Of a DNA stretch of 53,236 nucleotides, positions 35,682 to 47,941 are shown one piece after another. The notes below the pieces were generated by a model. That model saw only the letters and a list, made by a program, of their open reading frames with translations, did not search any database and had not been told where the DNA came from. The stretch's first letter is position 1. The number at the start of each line of letters is the position of its first letter. The stretch comes from Parasitella parasitica NRRL 2501 (taxonomy: Eukaryota > Fungi > Mucoromycota). The DNA is taken from assembly GCA_025201805.1 (NCBI GenBank), contig MU619315.1, positions 93,580 to 146,815 of the forward strand, read 5' to 3'. Made by a program: the position numbers and the translations under genes.

Positions 35682-38200
35682 ATGGAGACCTTAAAAAGAA
35701 GGCATCCAATCTCACAGACACCAGATTCTCCACCCCCAAAATATTCAGATACCTATGAGCCTGTGCCTCTCAGCGATGATGATTATCAAATCTCTGAAAA
35801 AGACAGCAAAGTCTACAAGGCACCTATCAAACATAAAAAGGTATGTCGATGACAAAGCTGGCCAAATACCAATCGATGGCTCAAAGTCGAATTTACACAT
35901 ATACATAGGCCATCTCTTTTGTTTTACGATATCAACATACTATTGCAGTTAGTCTATTAACGCTTCTATCATGCTGGACGCGCTTTTATCTTATTGGAAA
36001 ATCAAGAAAAGTTGTTTGGGATGAGGTATGAGCATAAAGATGTAAAATTGCCATGATAGTGATAGCTTAAAAAAAAGACGCTTTCTTCTAGGCACATTTT
36101 GGTAAATTTGGTTCATTTTATTTGAGACGCGAGTTTTATTTTGATGTCCACCCGCCGTTGGGCAAGATGCTTGTCGGTTTATCTGGCGTGTTGGCCAACT
36201 ATAACGGCTCCTTTGGCTTTGAATCGGGTAAGACATACCCTGAGGATCTTGATATTACCACAATGCGTATGTTTAATGCTGCGTGGGGTATTATGCTGGT
36301 GCCTTTGGCTTACGGCACAGCACACCATTTGAACCTGTCATGGAAATCCTGCGTGTTGGCCGCTTCTTTCGTTCTGTTTGATAATGCGTTGCTGACAATC
36401 AGTCGATTTGTTTTGCTGGATTCCATGTTGTTGTTCTTTACTGGTGCAAGCTTCTTTTGTTTAGCTGGATTCCGGTCGCAGAGACTAAAGTATATTTATT
36501 GATTTGCGAACAATCTGGGTTTTTATGCTGACATGCATGGATTGTTTATTATTTATGTAGCTCATTTTCTCTCAAATGGTGGGCTTGGTTGTTCAGTCTT
36601 GGTATCAGTTTGGGTTGCGTTTTAAGTGTAAAATGGGTTGGTTTGTTTGCTGTTGCCCTGGCTGGTACGTATACTGTAGAAGATTTATGGGATATGCTTG
36701 GCGATCTTCAGATGCCTAAAAAGACCTATTTCTCGCATTGGCTTGCTCGAGGCGTCTGTTTAATCGCAGTGCCTATGGCCATCTACATGGCTAGCTTTGC
36801 AGCTCATTTCCATATCCTCAGTAACAGTGGGCCAGGTGACGCTAATATGGGGTCTCTTTTTCAAGCAAGATTGAATGGAAGCATCTTTAGAGACAACCCC
36901 TTGGAAATTGCTTTTGGCTCCAATGTTACGATCAAGAATTTTGGCTATGGCGGAGGGCTTTTGCATTCTCATCCTCACCAGTATCCTGATGGATCAAAGC
37001 AGCAGCAAGTCACATGCTATTCGTTCAAGGATAACAACAATATATGGCAAATTCGACAGCCTCGTAATATGGGTAATGAACCTGCATCTGCCCATGTCGA
37101 TGGTGAAATCCAATACGTCAAGCATGGAGATGTCGTCCGTTTGCATCATGTCTTTACACAACGTAATCTCCACAGCCATCCTATCAATGCTCCTATCTCC
37201 TCCAAGCATTGGGAAGTGAGTGCGTACGGAAACGAGGAAATCGGTGATATTCAAGACAACTGGCGCGTAGAGATCGTTCAGGATATATTTGACAAAGAAA
37301 CCACCCAAGTCAAAGCGTTGACTACACGCTTTAGACTCCACCATATTTATTTGGATTGCGTGTTGGCTAGTCGCAATGTGGTGCTGCCTCAATGGGGCTT
37401 CAAGCAGCAAGAAGTATTTTGCGATCGAAAGGCCAAATCAAACGACTATCATACCTGGTGGAATGTGGAAGACCATCGTAATGATGCGTGTAAGCATATC
37501 ATTTGTCTATAGCTGATAAGGAGCGTCTAAATAATATGTCCATGTAGTGCCTCCTGCCCCCAAAAACTCGTATAAATCGAACTTTTTTGAAGACTTTTGG
37601 CATTTGAATGTGGCCATGTGGAACACAAATAATGCCTTGATTCCGGACCCGGACAAGAACGACATCCTATCCTCTGGCCCTACTGAATGGCCCATGGTTA
37701 CCACTGGTCTGCGTATGTGTGGTTGGGACAGCAAAACAGTCAAGTTCTATCTACTAGGTAATCCTTCAGTCTGGTGGCCTTCATTCCTCTCTATCGTTGC
37801 CTACATTGCAGCTATTGGTGTCTACGTTGTTCGCCAACGAAGACAGCACATTGATATGACACCAGATCGCTGGGCAAACTTTACATCGGTAGGAAAACTG
37901 TTCTTTTTAGGCTGGTTCTTCCACTATATTCCTTTTTTCATGATGGGTCGCGTAACATATATCCACCACTACTTTCCTGCACTGTACTTTAGTGTATTTA
38001 TGGTGCCTTTCTTACTAGAGCATTTCTTTGTGAAGGCTTCATCCAAAACTCGTCATGTCATTTTTGCTGTTGTTCTGGGCTTAGTCATTGCCAATTTCAT
38101 TCATTTTGCACCATTCTCATTTGGTATGACGGGAGACATTAAGAACTATTCCAACCGCTTGTGGTTAAACAGTTGGAACCTGATTGAAAATAGAAATTAA
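35682..38200 (+). CDS. PMT2: Dolichyl-phosphate-mannose:protein O-mannosyltransferase, PMT2 subfamily; multi-exon
   Basis: VVWDE|[46 protein letters not shown] repeats (LLHSH, NLHSH) and [15 protein letters not shown]. Confidence 0.95.
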
Positions 38201-38239
38201 TGAAATTAATAAAGCATAGTATTTTTTTTATTTATTTTT

Positions 38240-38790
38240 ATGGGTGCAGCATCAAGCAACCTAAAGCCCCCTTTACCCTTGGCAGGTAGAAAAAACTTTT
38301 CATTTTGGGTGCCATTTTACAGTAGTCAAATTCATGAACTTTTGTCCATACTTAAATCATGGACGTAAAGAACACAATACGCAGAACTTACCAAAGCTTT
38401 TCAAGTGTCAAAACGTTGACGACAGTAGCTTTGCTATGCATGGATAGGCTGTGATGCCTTTGTATTTCAAAAACCAAGTCAAACTGTTGAATCATTGATT
38501 GTATAAAAGCTTCGCGTTGAGAATCAACAAAACTTCATCCACCAAAGCCGGGAGACAAGGGCGGATGTGGTCGGGGCCATTGTGAAAGAATGTAGTACGT
38601 TGTTATCTACTGAGGTTGGGGTTGGCCAAGACGGATTGTATGGACAATCGCAAAACTGAAGAGCAATAAAGTAGATTGAATCCCATCGAGGGAGCCTGCG
38701 TTTCTGAGACAACCCGTGTATACAGTATTGACAAAGGCCAGACTTCTCCAGGATCTTAGGCAAATATATAAGATATAATAATTCGTACTA
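38240..38790 (-). mobile_element. Decayed LINE reverse-transcriptase fragment
   Basis: Minus-strand pieces GIQSTLLLFSFAIVH (decayed GDPLSPLLFNLA), SLSMHSKATVVNVLTLEKLW*VLRI (LSxxGRxTVxNSLxLSKLWxVLR) and LPAKGKGGFRLLD (LPxxxGGLGLLD). Confidence 0.6.
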
Positions 38791-39001
38791 AAGCTGTTGA
38801 AGCTGATCATTGACCTGGCCCTGCACATGAGGAGAGTCAGTAGAAGTAGTGCTCTCATCGTGGATGTGGGAGCCCAATTGGTTCGAGTCAAGTTCAGTAA
38901 CGCCAGTAATGTGTTGCTGGCTGGTACTGAATTTAATGTCGAAAGTGGAAGTCTTTCCAGTTTACGGCTTTCTTTTGCTGCTCTTTTTAACTATCGAAAT
39001 C

Positions 39002-40550
39002 ATGCTGGTTCGAGGATTATGGGGTACTTGAATACAGCTTGTAGATATTGTTTATGTGCTTACACATTTTTCGTCATATTAGGTGTACAAATTGACCCTC
39101 AAGCGGATCGGACGATACGAGCATCAGCTTCGTTCAAAATCACAATGGTGAGAAACATGACCCTTACACGTGAATAATTGTGTTTTAACAGACTCTACAG
39201 GCTTCTATATATCAATTCAGGGGCCCTGAAAGAACTTCTGTGTACATTTCATTTCATGACTCAAAATTCTTGTTGTGTTCTTTGATTCCGGAAAAAGTAA
39301 GTTACTCATGGTTGACAAACACAGTTTGAAATTAAGTGTATCGATTTATCAAAATTAGATTGAACAGCAAGTTATGGACATAACCTGTCTTCAGGGAGAA
39401 ACTATCACATTACGAGCGCAAGGCCCAAAGTATGATTATTCAACCCTAGAAAGGCCAAGGTTTTTTAATTTGATTATGTAGTGTTATTCATCTACTGGGA
39501 AACTATATTTCGCAAGACATTGATAATCAAATCGACGACGATATTGAGTATACTGAAGTGAAAAGTTCAGCTCAGAACATCATTGACGAAATACAACAGG
39601 AAAAGTTGCCATCTCTTGGTTTTCCTCACAGCAAAAAGATCGTTTTTGATGAATCAGACGACTATACTGATCCAGAATCAGAATCAATATCAGAATCAAT
39701 ATCAGAATCAGAATCAGTGCCAGAATATGCTGTGTCACACTTAACAAACTATGTCAATGAATCAATTGCAAACAGATCATCTCTAATAAGCAGCAAGGAT
39801 ATCGAAAGATATAATGAGAGATCTGCAACCGAAGGCAATATGAAATATGTACAACAGAAAAATGTCTTGAAGCAGCCCTCTGATGCAATCCCTAAAAGCG
39901 GTCCATCTTCGATTGCAAAAGAATCATGTAAATTAGCCAAAAGACAGAAAAAAAACTTGGCCTTGGAGCTGAAGCAGCAGCAGCAGCAACAGCAGCAACA
40001 ACAAGTAGATGATATTAATACGGAGAACGAGGAAGCAAAAACCCAGCAATTCAAGCACAAAAACAAAGCTTCTGGTAATGATCGAAAAAACCAGCCAAAC
40101 TCTCCTACTGTAGACCCCGCCCAAGACATTAGAAGCCTTGTCTTAGGTGCCTTTGCCAATATGGCTTCTACTTTACAAAACCTTGCCAATATGAAAACTG
40201 ACAAACCGACATTACCTGTGGATCAAAATAACATTTCTTCGGCTGAAACTGATGAATTTATACCAAACGCTCCACCAAAGGTGCAAAAGCAAAACTCATC
40301 AAATATATCTTCGCAGGAAGGTGATGAACCGTTCCGTTCAAAAAGAAACCCGAGAAAATCTAAAAGAACCACTACGATGAACTTGGCATTGCTTGCTCAG
40401 GACGATGCTGACAATGCTGACGACGCTGACAATACCGACAATGTTGACAATGTTGACAATGCTGACAGAGTAAGAAAGGAGCGTAATAAAAAGAGAATAC
40501 AAAGAGTAGATAATTCTATTACAAAAAAGGCTCGTTTGTCTATAGAATAA
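39002..40550 (+). CDS. Nucleoplasmin-like (NPL) domain protein with a long disordered tail and no FKBP domain; 5 exons (39002-39023, 39083-39147, 39201-39296, 39359-39429, 39482-40550)
   Basis: Spliced N-terminus MLVRGLWGVQIDP..ASFKITMAS..RTSVYI..FLLCSLIPEKIEQQVMDITCLQGETITLRAQGPNVIHLLGNY matches the Fpr3/Fpr4-type NPL fold. Canonical GT-AG junctions keep the frame into the 330-aa ORF. Confidence 0.85.
40401..40467 (+). repeat. Coding 9-bp tandem repeat (GACAATGYT-like, encoding D-N/D-A/V/T)
   Basis: gacgatgct gacaatgct gacgacgct gacaatacc gacaatgtt gacaatgtt gacaatgct gac. Confidence 0.85.
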
Positions 40551-41038
40551 TTCGGTTTCTAGCAACATCAACAGTTTTAATTCATCTGTTGAAAAAGTTG
40601 TACATAAATAAATCATCACCATGTCAATTCATTAGCGGTCCTGCTTGAAGGCTGTGAAATTTAACAACCGTCATTTCTGCTTTTGGCCTGAAGCTATGTT
40701 CGCATGTAAAGAGATCCTCCTTCTACGTGCTAATCTTTAAGAATGGTAATCTATAGATTTGTTTAATGCAAGATATCATCATCACTATTGGGAGAATATG
40801 CAACGAATTAATATCGATGGATAGATGGATGGATGACTAGATGGATGGCTAGAGATTGTGTGATTTGGATGAAAGTACCCTCTTCAGCAATCCGAGGGTT
40901 ATCAAAAACTCCTGTACCAAATTCTTGTACTGAAACACATACAAAATCAACTTGAATATACTGGCTATAGCCTTTTTTTCTATGCCAAAATTATTTACAT
41001 TCGACAATTGCATATTCCTCTTCAGTAGTGTTGATGAT

Positions 41039-41362
41039 ATGGTACACACACGTATGAAATACTAAACAAGACTTATTGCATAGTCCAAGGGTACCAGTTC
41101 GTTCGGTAAGCGTCACACCAAGACCCACACTTTATGTCGTCGTTGTGGCAACCGCTCCTTCCATAAGCAAAAAAAGACCTGTGCTCAATGTGGCTATCCC
41201 GCAGCTAAGATCAGATCTTTCAACTGGTCTGAAAAGGGTCAACGCAGAAAGACCACCGGTACTGGTCGCATGGCCCATTTGAAGGAGGTTCAACGTCGCT
41301 TCAAGAATGGTTTCCGTGAAGGTACTCAGGCCAAGAAGCAAACTGCTGCTACCTCTGCTTAA
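41039..41362 (+). CDS. RPL37: 60S ribosomal protein eL37; ATG-only first exon, intron 41042-41083
   Basis: [63 protein letters not shown], read by eye. This frame is missing from the ORF track. Confidence 0.96.
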
Positions 41363-41581
41363 GCGCGAATTTGACATTTTGGTTATTATGATTAAATATT
41401 ATTTTAATATATAGTTTTTATTTGGTTTACAAGGAGTGTGTGCACAGAATAGGGGTGTGAGAAATAACAATTAAGAAAGGGGTAAAATAATATATATGAA
41501 AGGAGGACATATATAAAGGAGGGAGGGTTACAGGAGATAAGATTATGTATAAATTTATATAAATGTATAATTTTCAAAGGT

Positions 41582-42951
41582 TTATAATATACCAGAGTCT
41601 TTTAGATGGTTCTGAATGATTGTGTCTTTAATAGCATTGAATACGTGGGCAATCTATTCACGTTTTGTTAGTAGATATTCTTGCGATGAATGTTAATAAA
41701 AGACTTACATTTGATGTGTTTGTAGCTTGTGTTACACTAGTGAAAAGAGATAAATTAGAAACTTTGCATAAAGTGAAAATAATCAGACTTACTGTGGATA
41801 AATGTTAAGCTTGGCGCGATTTGTTTGACTAAAACGCCAAAGAATGTATTTTACTGCTTTGCCGATATCTGACCCTCCCTCATAATCAGGGAAAAAATTT
41901 TCTAATGGTATCTTTTTGAACTTTTGTCGAAAAACATCGATCTTGTTGAGAAATAATATGATGGTTGTTCGCAAAAACCAGCGACTATTAACAACAGATT
42001 CAAACAAAACTAAGCTTTCCACTAATCGGTTTTGTCGAGATTCTTCAAGCAGAACTTGGTCGTATTCTGACAGAGACACGCAAAATATGATGGATTTTAC
42101 TGCTTCAAAACAATGGATCCACTTCTTTCTTTCAGATCTTTGTCCTCCAACATCAAACATGCTGATTACATTAAATACGCTTATTAGCCACTATAATACA
42201 TCAAGCCAATGCAGTCCTTACTGTATACTAGTTTCTTTGATCATAAATTTTGTTTCCACGATACCAGTCGTCTTGGATCTAGCTCTTAGAACGTCTTGAG
42301 GTGTTGGGATGTAGTCATGTTGGCTTATTCTTTTAATGTCATCGAAAAAACTACAAAAAGTATGTTAGGGTCAATACTCTCGATTTCGTATTAGATTTAG
42401 CATTCTGTATCTTACTATGATGCTGAGTCCATGAGATAAAATTCTGTTGAATTATTGTCCAGAAGTAAAGTAACTGCAGGGTCATGCCAAACAGAAATGA
42501 CAGCATCAATAAACGAAGGATCTATGTTTTCCTCTAGTCGGTATTCAATGATGCGTTGGGCCTCGTATTCGACCTTTTCTGACTGAAGTTGATATTCAAA
42601 TTGATGCAATGCCTTTACAATAGCTTGAGCCGAGTGAATCAAGTTGCGGTATACTGTTACTCTCCAATTAAGAAGTTCATCTTTTGTATAACCATTTTGG
42701 TGAATGATTTTCATTTGCTTGAAAATGGTTGATTTGCCTGATTCACCACTACCTTGATGGAATATAGTGTAAATAATAGTAGTAATGATTATAAAAGAAA
42801 GGTTGTTTGATAGAGTAGCGTCTAGCAATTTACCTAATAACAAGATCTTGAATTCTCTCTGCAATTTCCGACTTTCTTCTTCAATAGATCTATCTATACT
42901 GAAGCTATGTATTTTTTCAGCTCGGTCTTCATTTGACATACAAGCACCCAT
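41582..42951 (-). CDS. Heterotrimeric G-protein alpha subunit, fungal group III-like; multi-exon
   Basis: MGACMS lipidation motif, [36 protein letters not shown] and C-terminal LKDSGIL*. Confidence 0.95.
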
Positions 42952-43003
42952 TATATTGAACAAAGAAATTATTATTTACAGTGTGTGAGTGAGGAAGAGA
43001 AGT

Positions 43004-43013
43004 NNNNNNNNNN
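43004..43013. other. Assembly gap (10 N) next to a poly-A tract
   Basis: Run of n characters. Confidence 0.99.
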
Positions 43014-43200
43014 AAAAAAAAAAAAAAAAAAAAAAAAAGGAGAAAAAGACAATCAAAATGTTATATTTATATAATAAACGAAAATAAGGGGGGCTTTATC
43101 AATAAAGTACATGCGCAGCAGATATAGCATCAAATCACACACTGTAAAAATCACATCAACAAAAAGGATTTTATTATAAAAAAAAGGGGATTATTATTGT

Positions 43201-43911
43201 TTATTTTTCTCCCTTCTGTTTTTCAACATAATCCGCCCAACTTCCAATGTAATTCGAAAGACTAATGCAATTAACACGTATCAACAAATGATCTTAATTC
43301 ACATTATGAACTTACTTATTGTATCCTAAACTAGCAAGATGTTCAGCCGCTCGCGTACTGCGAACACCACCTAAACAATAGAGAATGACACTTGCATCCT
43401 TTGTTGGTTTATCAAATCCAAACTGTTCCTTAAATTCTTGGTCTGGCAAACTCCATGCAGCTGCAAACTGACTCTACATCAATGTCATTTAATGACCATA
43501 TCTAGATAAAGTGAAGGCCTGAGCTTACCAATGGTACATTCTTAGCGGTAGGGATAGCTCCTTGAATCACTTCCTTTTCTTCGCGAACATCAATCAAGTT
43601 GTAATTCTACTTTGTGTTATGCGTCATTTTACTTTTTGATTGTACATGTCCCAAATTACCTTGTCGCTGCTTTTAATAATAGATTGGATATCATTGTAAG
43701 CTACGACTTGGAAGAAAGTAGGCTCTGTCTTGGTATTATATTGACGTTGCTGATATAAGGAGTTTCTGACAGGAAAGTTAAAAGCATTTCCATTCAAAAT
43801 AATGCTTGAACGAGAAGCAGCAAAAGGAGAGTTGGCGATAAAGGTTTTTTGTAAGCTATAACGCATGGACCTGTTAAGCACGTTTTGCAAAAATCTCTTG
43901 CTATTATTCAT
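43201..43911 (-). CDS. Single-domain rhodanese / thiosulfate sulfurtransferase with mitochondrial presequence (Rdl2-like); multi-exon
   Basis: LIDVREEKEV..GAIPTAKNVP, FGFDKP, active-site YCLGGVRS and NYIGSWADY. Arg/Ser-rich N-terminus MNNSKRFLQNVLNRSMR. Confidence 0.9.
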
Positions 43912-44764
43912 TTTTGTGGGGAAAAAAGAGAACTGTGTGGTGTTGTTGTTGCGGTTAAATGAAACCCAGGGAACAAATTTTATAAGATGAGATGTTAAAT
44001 TGTTATACAGGCAATTGCACACTGATGCAATTGTCTTGTGCTGTGAGTTAAAATCCATTTTGCCTTGCGTGCATCTTGCATTATAAATATTATCGATCCG
44101 AGATTTTTGCCGTTTATCAAAACCTACTTGCATTTAAGTTGCTCCTGTGAATGCGTGTATAGCTATCTCGACAATAAAGCTCTTCAATTAATAAGATGGT
44201 GAAAGAAGCCTGTATTACGGTAGTTGTAGATGACCAGCAAGTCAGTTAATATTAAGATACATGTATGCCGATAATAGACGTGCCTTTTCTTCACAACATG
44301 AGACGTGAGAGAGAAATACGGCTTATTGCATAATGTCTTGAAGATTTGGTTTGTTGCTTTTTGAACTAAATGTATTTCTATTTTTCCACGATTCGCTGTA
44401 TCTCCCTCATGAGGTAATTTTAACTGAAAAACCTTATTGATCAGTTTCTTTGGGTATACTTACCATGAGCAGGCCCTTCAGCTTTTTTTTAGCTAACAAT
44501 ATCATTTTCCTACAAGCACTACGCATCCTGGTTTATTACATTTATACTATATCATCGTATCAGATACGAATCATCGTATTAAGCATTTCGACGACTGTCA
44601 CTGAATAGCTAATTAACATCTCGGCATAGCAATACCGGCTTTATCCCTCACTGTCGAGACAGCAAGAGCTAACTATTTGATATCTCGTATCAGCCCATGC
44701 CCCTGAATTAATCTTATGAATCATGAAACATATCAAAATAAGCAACTCTTTGTTTCATAAATAC

Positions 44765-45105
44765 TGTTGGTCTGCTATAGTTATAGATAGAAGTTAATGG
44801 CAATGTACTTCAATTGAAGATTGAAGATTGTCCAATGATATGATGTTATAAGCGTGTGTAAACTGGAGAATAAAGTCTCTGTTTCAAATCAAGAAGGTTA
44901 TTCCTGTAACTCAGATCTGTGGATCAGGATAAAGGTAACGATACTGTCAGATCCAAGACGTGTAGCCCTTGTTGCATAACCATAAGTCGTACTCTGTCAA
45001 GTAGATTGTTACTGGGAATTAGTCTTGTCAATTATTAATCTAAATAAGTCACCATAAAACTATGTAGTCGTAAAAAGTATAAAGCGCAGATCTTTAAACA
45101 AAGTA
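44765..45105 (+). mobile_element. Diverged solo-LTR-like copy (copy 2), opposite orientation to the other two
   Basis: Starts TGTTGG. Reverse complement of about 51600-51947 (ggcaatgtacttcaattgaagattgaagattgtccaatg..gtttcaaatcaagaaggttattcctgtaa..aaaagtataaa). 3' end eroded; no TSD seen. Confidence 0.8.
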
Positions 45106-45469
45106 ATAGGGATTTTCATATAATATATACACATAAGCAGGTGGGAATGATTGATTTACTTACCTGTGATTGTTGGCTACAGCATTCACATATGGTATAC
45201 CATGTAGAGGTAGTCATCCACTAGATAAAGTGTATACAAAAGCTATGTTTAAATGCAAATGGGAGTTATTTGTGGAATAGATTTTTTTTTTTTTTGTTGC
45301 ACGTAAAGATGGACTTCCGGACCATCAGAAGCGGTGCTCAACAATGTGAAATATGGATAATCTCTAATTATACTGAAACAAAAAAGATAAAATAAATGTA
45401 AGATAATAGAGCGAGGAGAAGAGAGAAAAGAATATAAATGTATCTAAAAACTGTGTCAATTACGCAGAA

Positions 45470-46537
45470 GGTGAAAACAGAACATCTTCTGGTTGCATTT
45501 TAAGAACTGAGTAGCGGAAGGATGAAAGGAGGGAATTGGATGCTAGAGGGGTTGCATCAAAGATAAACCGCCAACAAACCTTCCTTACTTCAGTAACGGC
45601 AATGATGAGTAGCAGTGATGGATTGAGGGAGGATTTGTCGGGGAGAACCTCGATTTACAAGTTGAAATTGAGTGAATTCAGCATGTCCATAAGCATACGG
45701 AGGGTACAGCCTGGCCAGAGCTATTCTAGAATCAATTGTTCCCAGAAATGTTGCTTTTCTTCGCAGTAAAAGAAAAAATGAGCAGTAGATTCCATCGTTG
45801 TGAGGCAAAGGGCGCAGTGGGGATCGTTGGCTGGGTTGCAATGATAGTGGAATAGTTTGGTAGGAAATTTTCCTTGAATGAGTCTTTAGATGATATTCCG
45901 TTGTGTGTGGTTAAGAAAAAGCGCCCAAGACTGTTTCCAGAAGATAGAAGATGTAACCTGTGTAGTAAGCAAACGGCGTGCTGTAGCTTCAATAACCATC
46001 GTGCGGAAGCTCCGCGTTCTTCCATGATCAAACGCAGAATTATCATCGTGTGGTTGGATGGCGAGATGTTTGCGGAAGGAAGCAAAATTCAACATGGCTT
46101 GAATATGGGGAAGATCATCTTGGTTGTAAAGATTAAGAGAAGAAGGCTCAAGACAAGCTCGAAAGAAAGGAGCAAACAAACAGTCTGCTCTGGCCAGTAC
46201 ATTGTACAGCTTCCTGGTGACAATTTTAAGATCGCGAGGTATTCGGTCGATGGGTATGGATGTTATAAAATAGCCCAATTACCTGCAATTCAAAAATGTC
46301 GCTGATCTTTAGGGCCTTCAGCCTGGGAGAGAGCACCAAACGGAGTCGTAGAACGAGCAGCTGGGAACAGCAGACCAATGTCTAGAACTTCAGTTTCCAA
46401 TTGATTCTGAATGTGAACGCACACATAGTTTGGAATAGCTGGTGGATATGGGCGATCAAATAGAACAGGATCTAGCCAACGGTAGTATAGAGCTTTCTGT
46501 TGTGCATAAATATCGATGATACCAAGACCACCGTAAA
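45470..46537 (-). mobile_element. 3' fragment of a LINE ORF2 (post-RT region plus zinc-binding domain), frameshifted
   Basis: GGLGIIDIYAQQKALYYRWL..LLFPAARS. Later WKQSWALFLNHTQRNII*RLIQGKFPT..CALC...ESTAHFFFYC..KQHFW (CCHC-type zf-RVT). Confidence 0.85.
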
Positions 46538-47941
46538 TTACATAAGGGAAAAACAAAGAATGTATCATCATGACCATCAAGAAATACGCCGAGGAGAAAA
46601 ATCTTAGGGAGGCCACTGCTTCGGACATTGCTGAAGCATATCGACTTCAACTTGGTAGGTCAGTCGACTACTTGAGCAAACACCAAGACTCCATCTTTGC
46701 AGACGAATAACCTCTTTTCTTATTTTCTTCTTTTCTTCTTTTTTATATTCAATAAATTATGTTTTTATGTTATTACCTGACCAACTTCTAAATGAAATTA
46801 CAATTGAATATATAATCTCCAAGTAAGTTGATCCGTTTCTTATTTTACCAATTTTTTTTATCGAAATTATCATCTTTTACATGTTGAAAGTTATCATTTT
46901 TAAATATATATTCAATAAATCTTTCTCTATGTTTATTGCCTATATTCTTCAGACATATACATTCTATTCAAGAGTATCGTTTTGAAGCTTTTATAACGAC
47001 CTTAACCCCTGATAATATATTAATACACACTCACATTTACGGTGTCCCGCCTGAGAGTTATATGAATAACGATTATTTCCAAAGACAATTAAATAAAGAG
47101 ACTACAAGCGATTATATCACGGAGAACGTAAGGTCTTTATTAAAGATTGAAAAGGAAGCCAGGATTGCTCTGGTCCTGGTTTCTAAAAGTCTTTATACAA
47201 TTCCATTTGAATGTCACTGTCAATATTGGAATTGAGATGAGATTCAACCTTCAATTAATAGGCGAAAACCGACACCGCGGGACATTTATTTTGACTTTAA
47301 GTGAGGTTTACAACTGTAATTATGTATTGGCGCGTCTCATAACTCAAGTTATGATCAATATCAGTGAATTTATTAAACAGCCCAAGCAGGCTGTCTTTTA
47401 AATGTGGGACTCTAACTAGTGTCTCCTGTGCCCTATAAATCAACCAGCTTAATCACTCGAATTCAAAATGGTCTGGCAACAAGGCCAATTGTGAAAACAT
47501 TTTAACACATTTTGTGCAATCCCAAGAAGGGATATTCACATCAATTTTATATTTTATATTTGCAATATTTTTCCAAGAATTTCGAACATAAATTGTTTCC
47601 AATTATTGTCTTTTTAGAAGAAAAAGTAATATCCCGTAATCTGTGGGACTAGTTTTGTAGCTTTATGTGTTTTAGATATTCAAAAATAAACATTGAATTG
47701 TGGAAATGTATCTAATAAGAATAAACAGTTGGTTTTTATAAATTATTACCAAAACCGAAATATGGGATTTTTGGTTGTTATATTAGTAGTTGGAAGTGTA
47801 ATAAAAAGTGTAAAAACAACAATAGATACAATTTAATTCCTTCTTTATTTTTTGGAATAAGATAACGTGCAAAGGTTAGACATTTCTACTCTATTTATAT
47901 TCGTTGTTGTAAACGGTCTGTCTGTCAGTTATGCCGTAACT

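Noticed and set aside
41076-41377. ORF-track 68-aa and 81-aa ORFs
   Set aside because: Wrong frame or antisense of RPL37.
45157-45166. TACTTACCTG, like the U1 snRNA 5' end
   Set aside because: No U1 stem-loops or Sm site follow. It is better explained as a minus-strand splice donor CAG|GTAAGTA.
46936-47401. Two overlapping plus-strand ORFs before the gap
   Set aside because: No recognisable motifs and non-ATG starts. Possibly a decayed gene, but unsupported.
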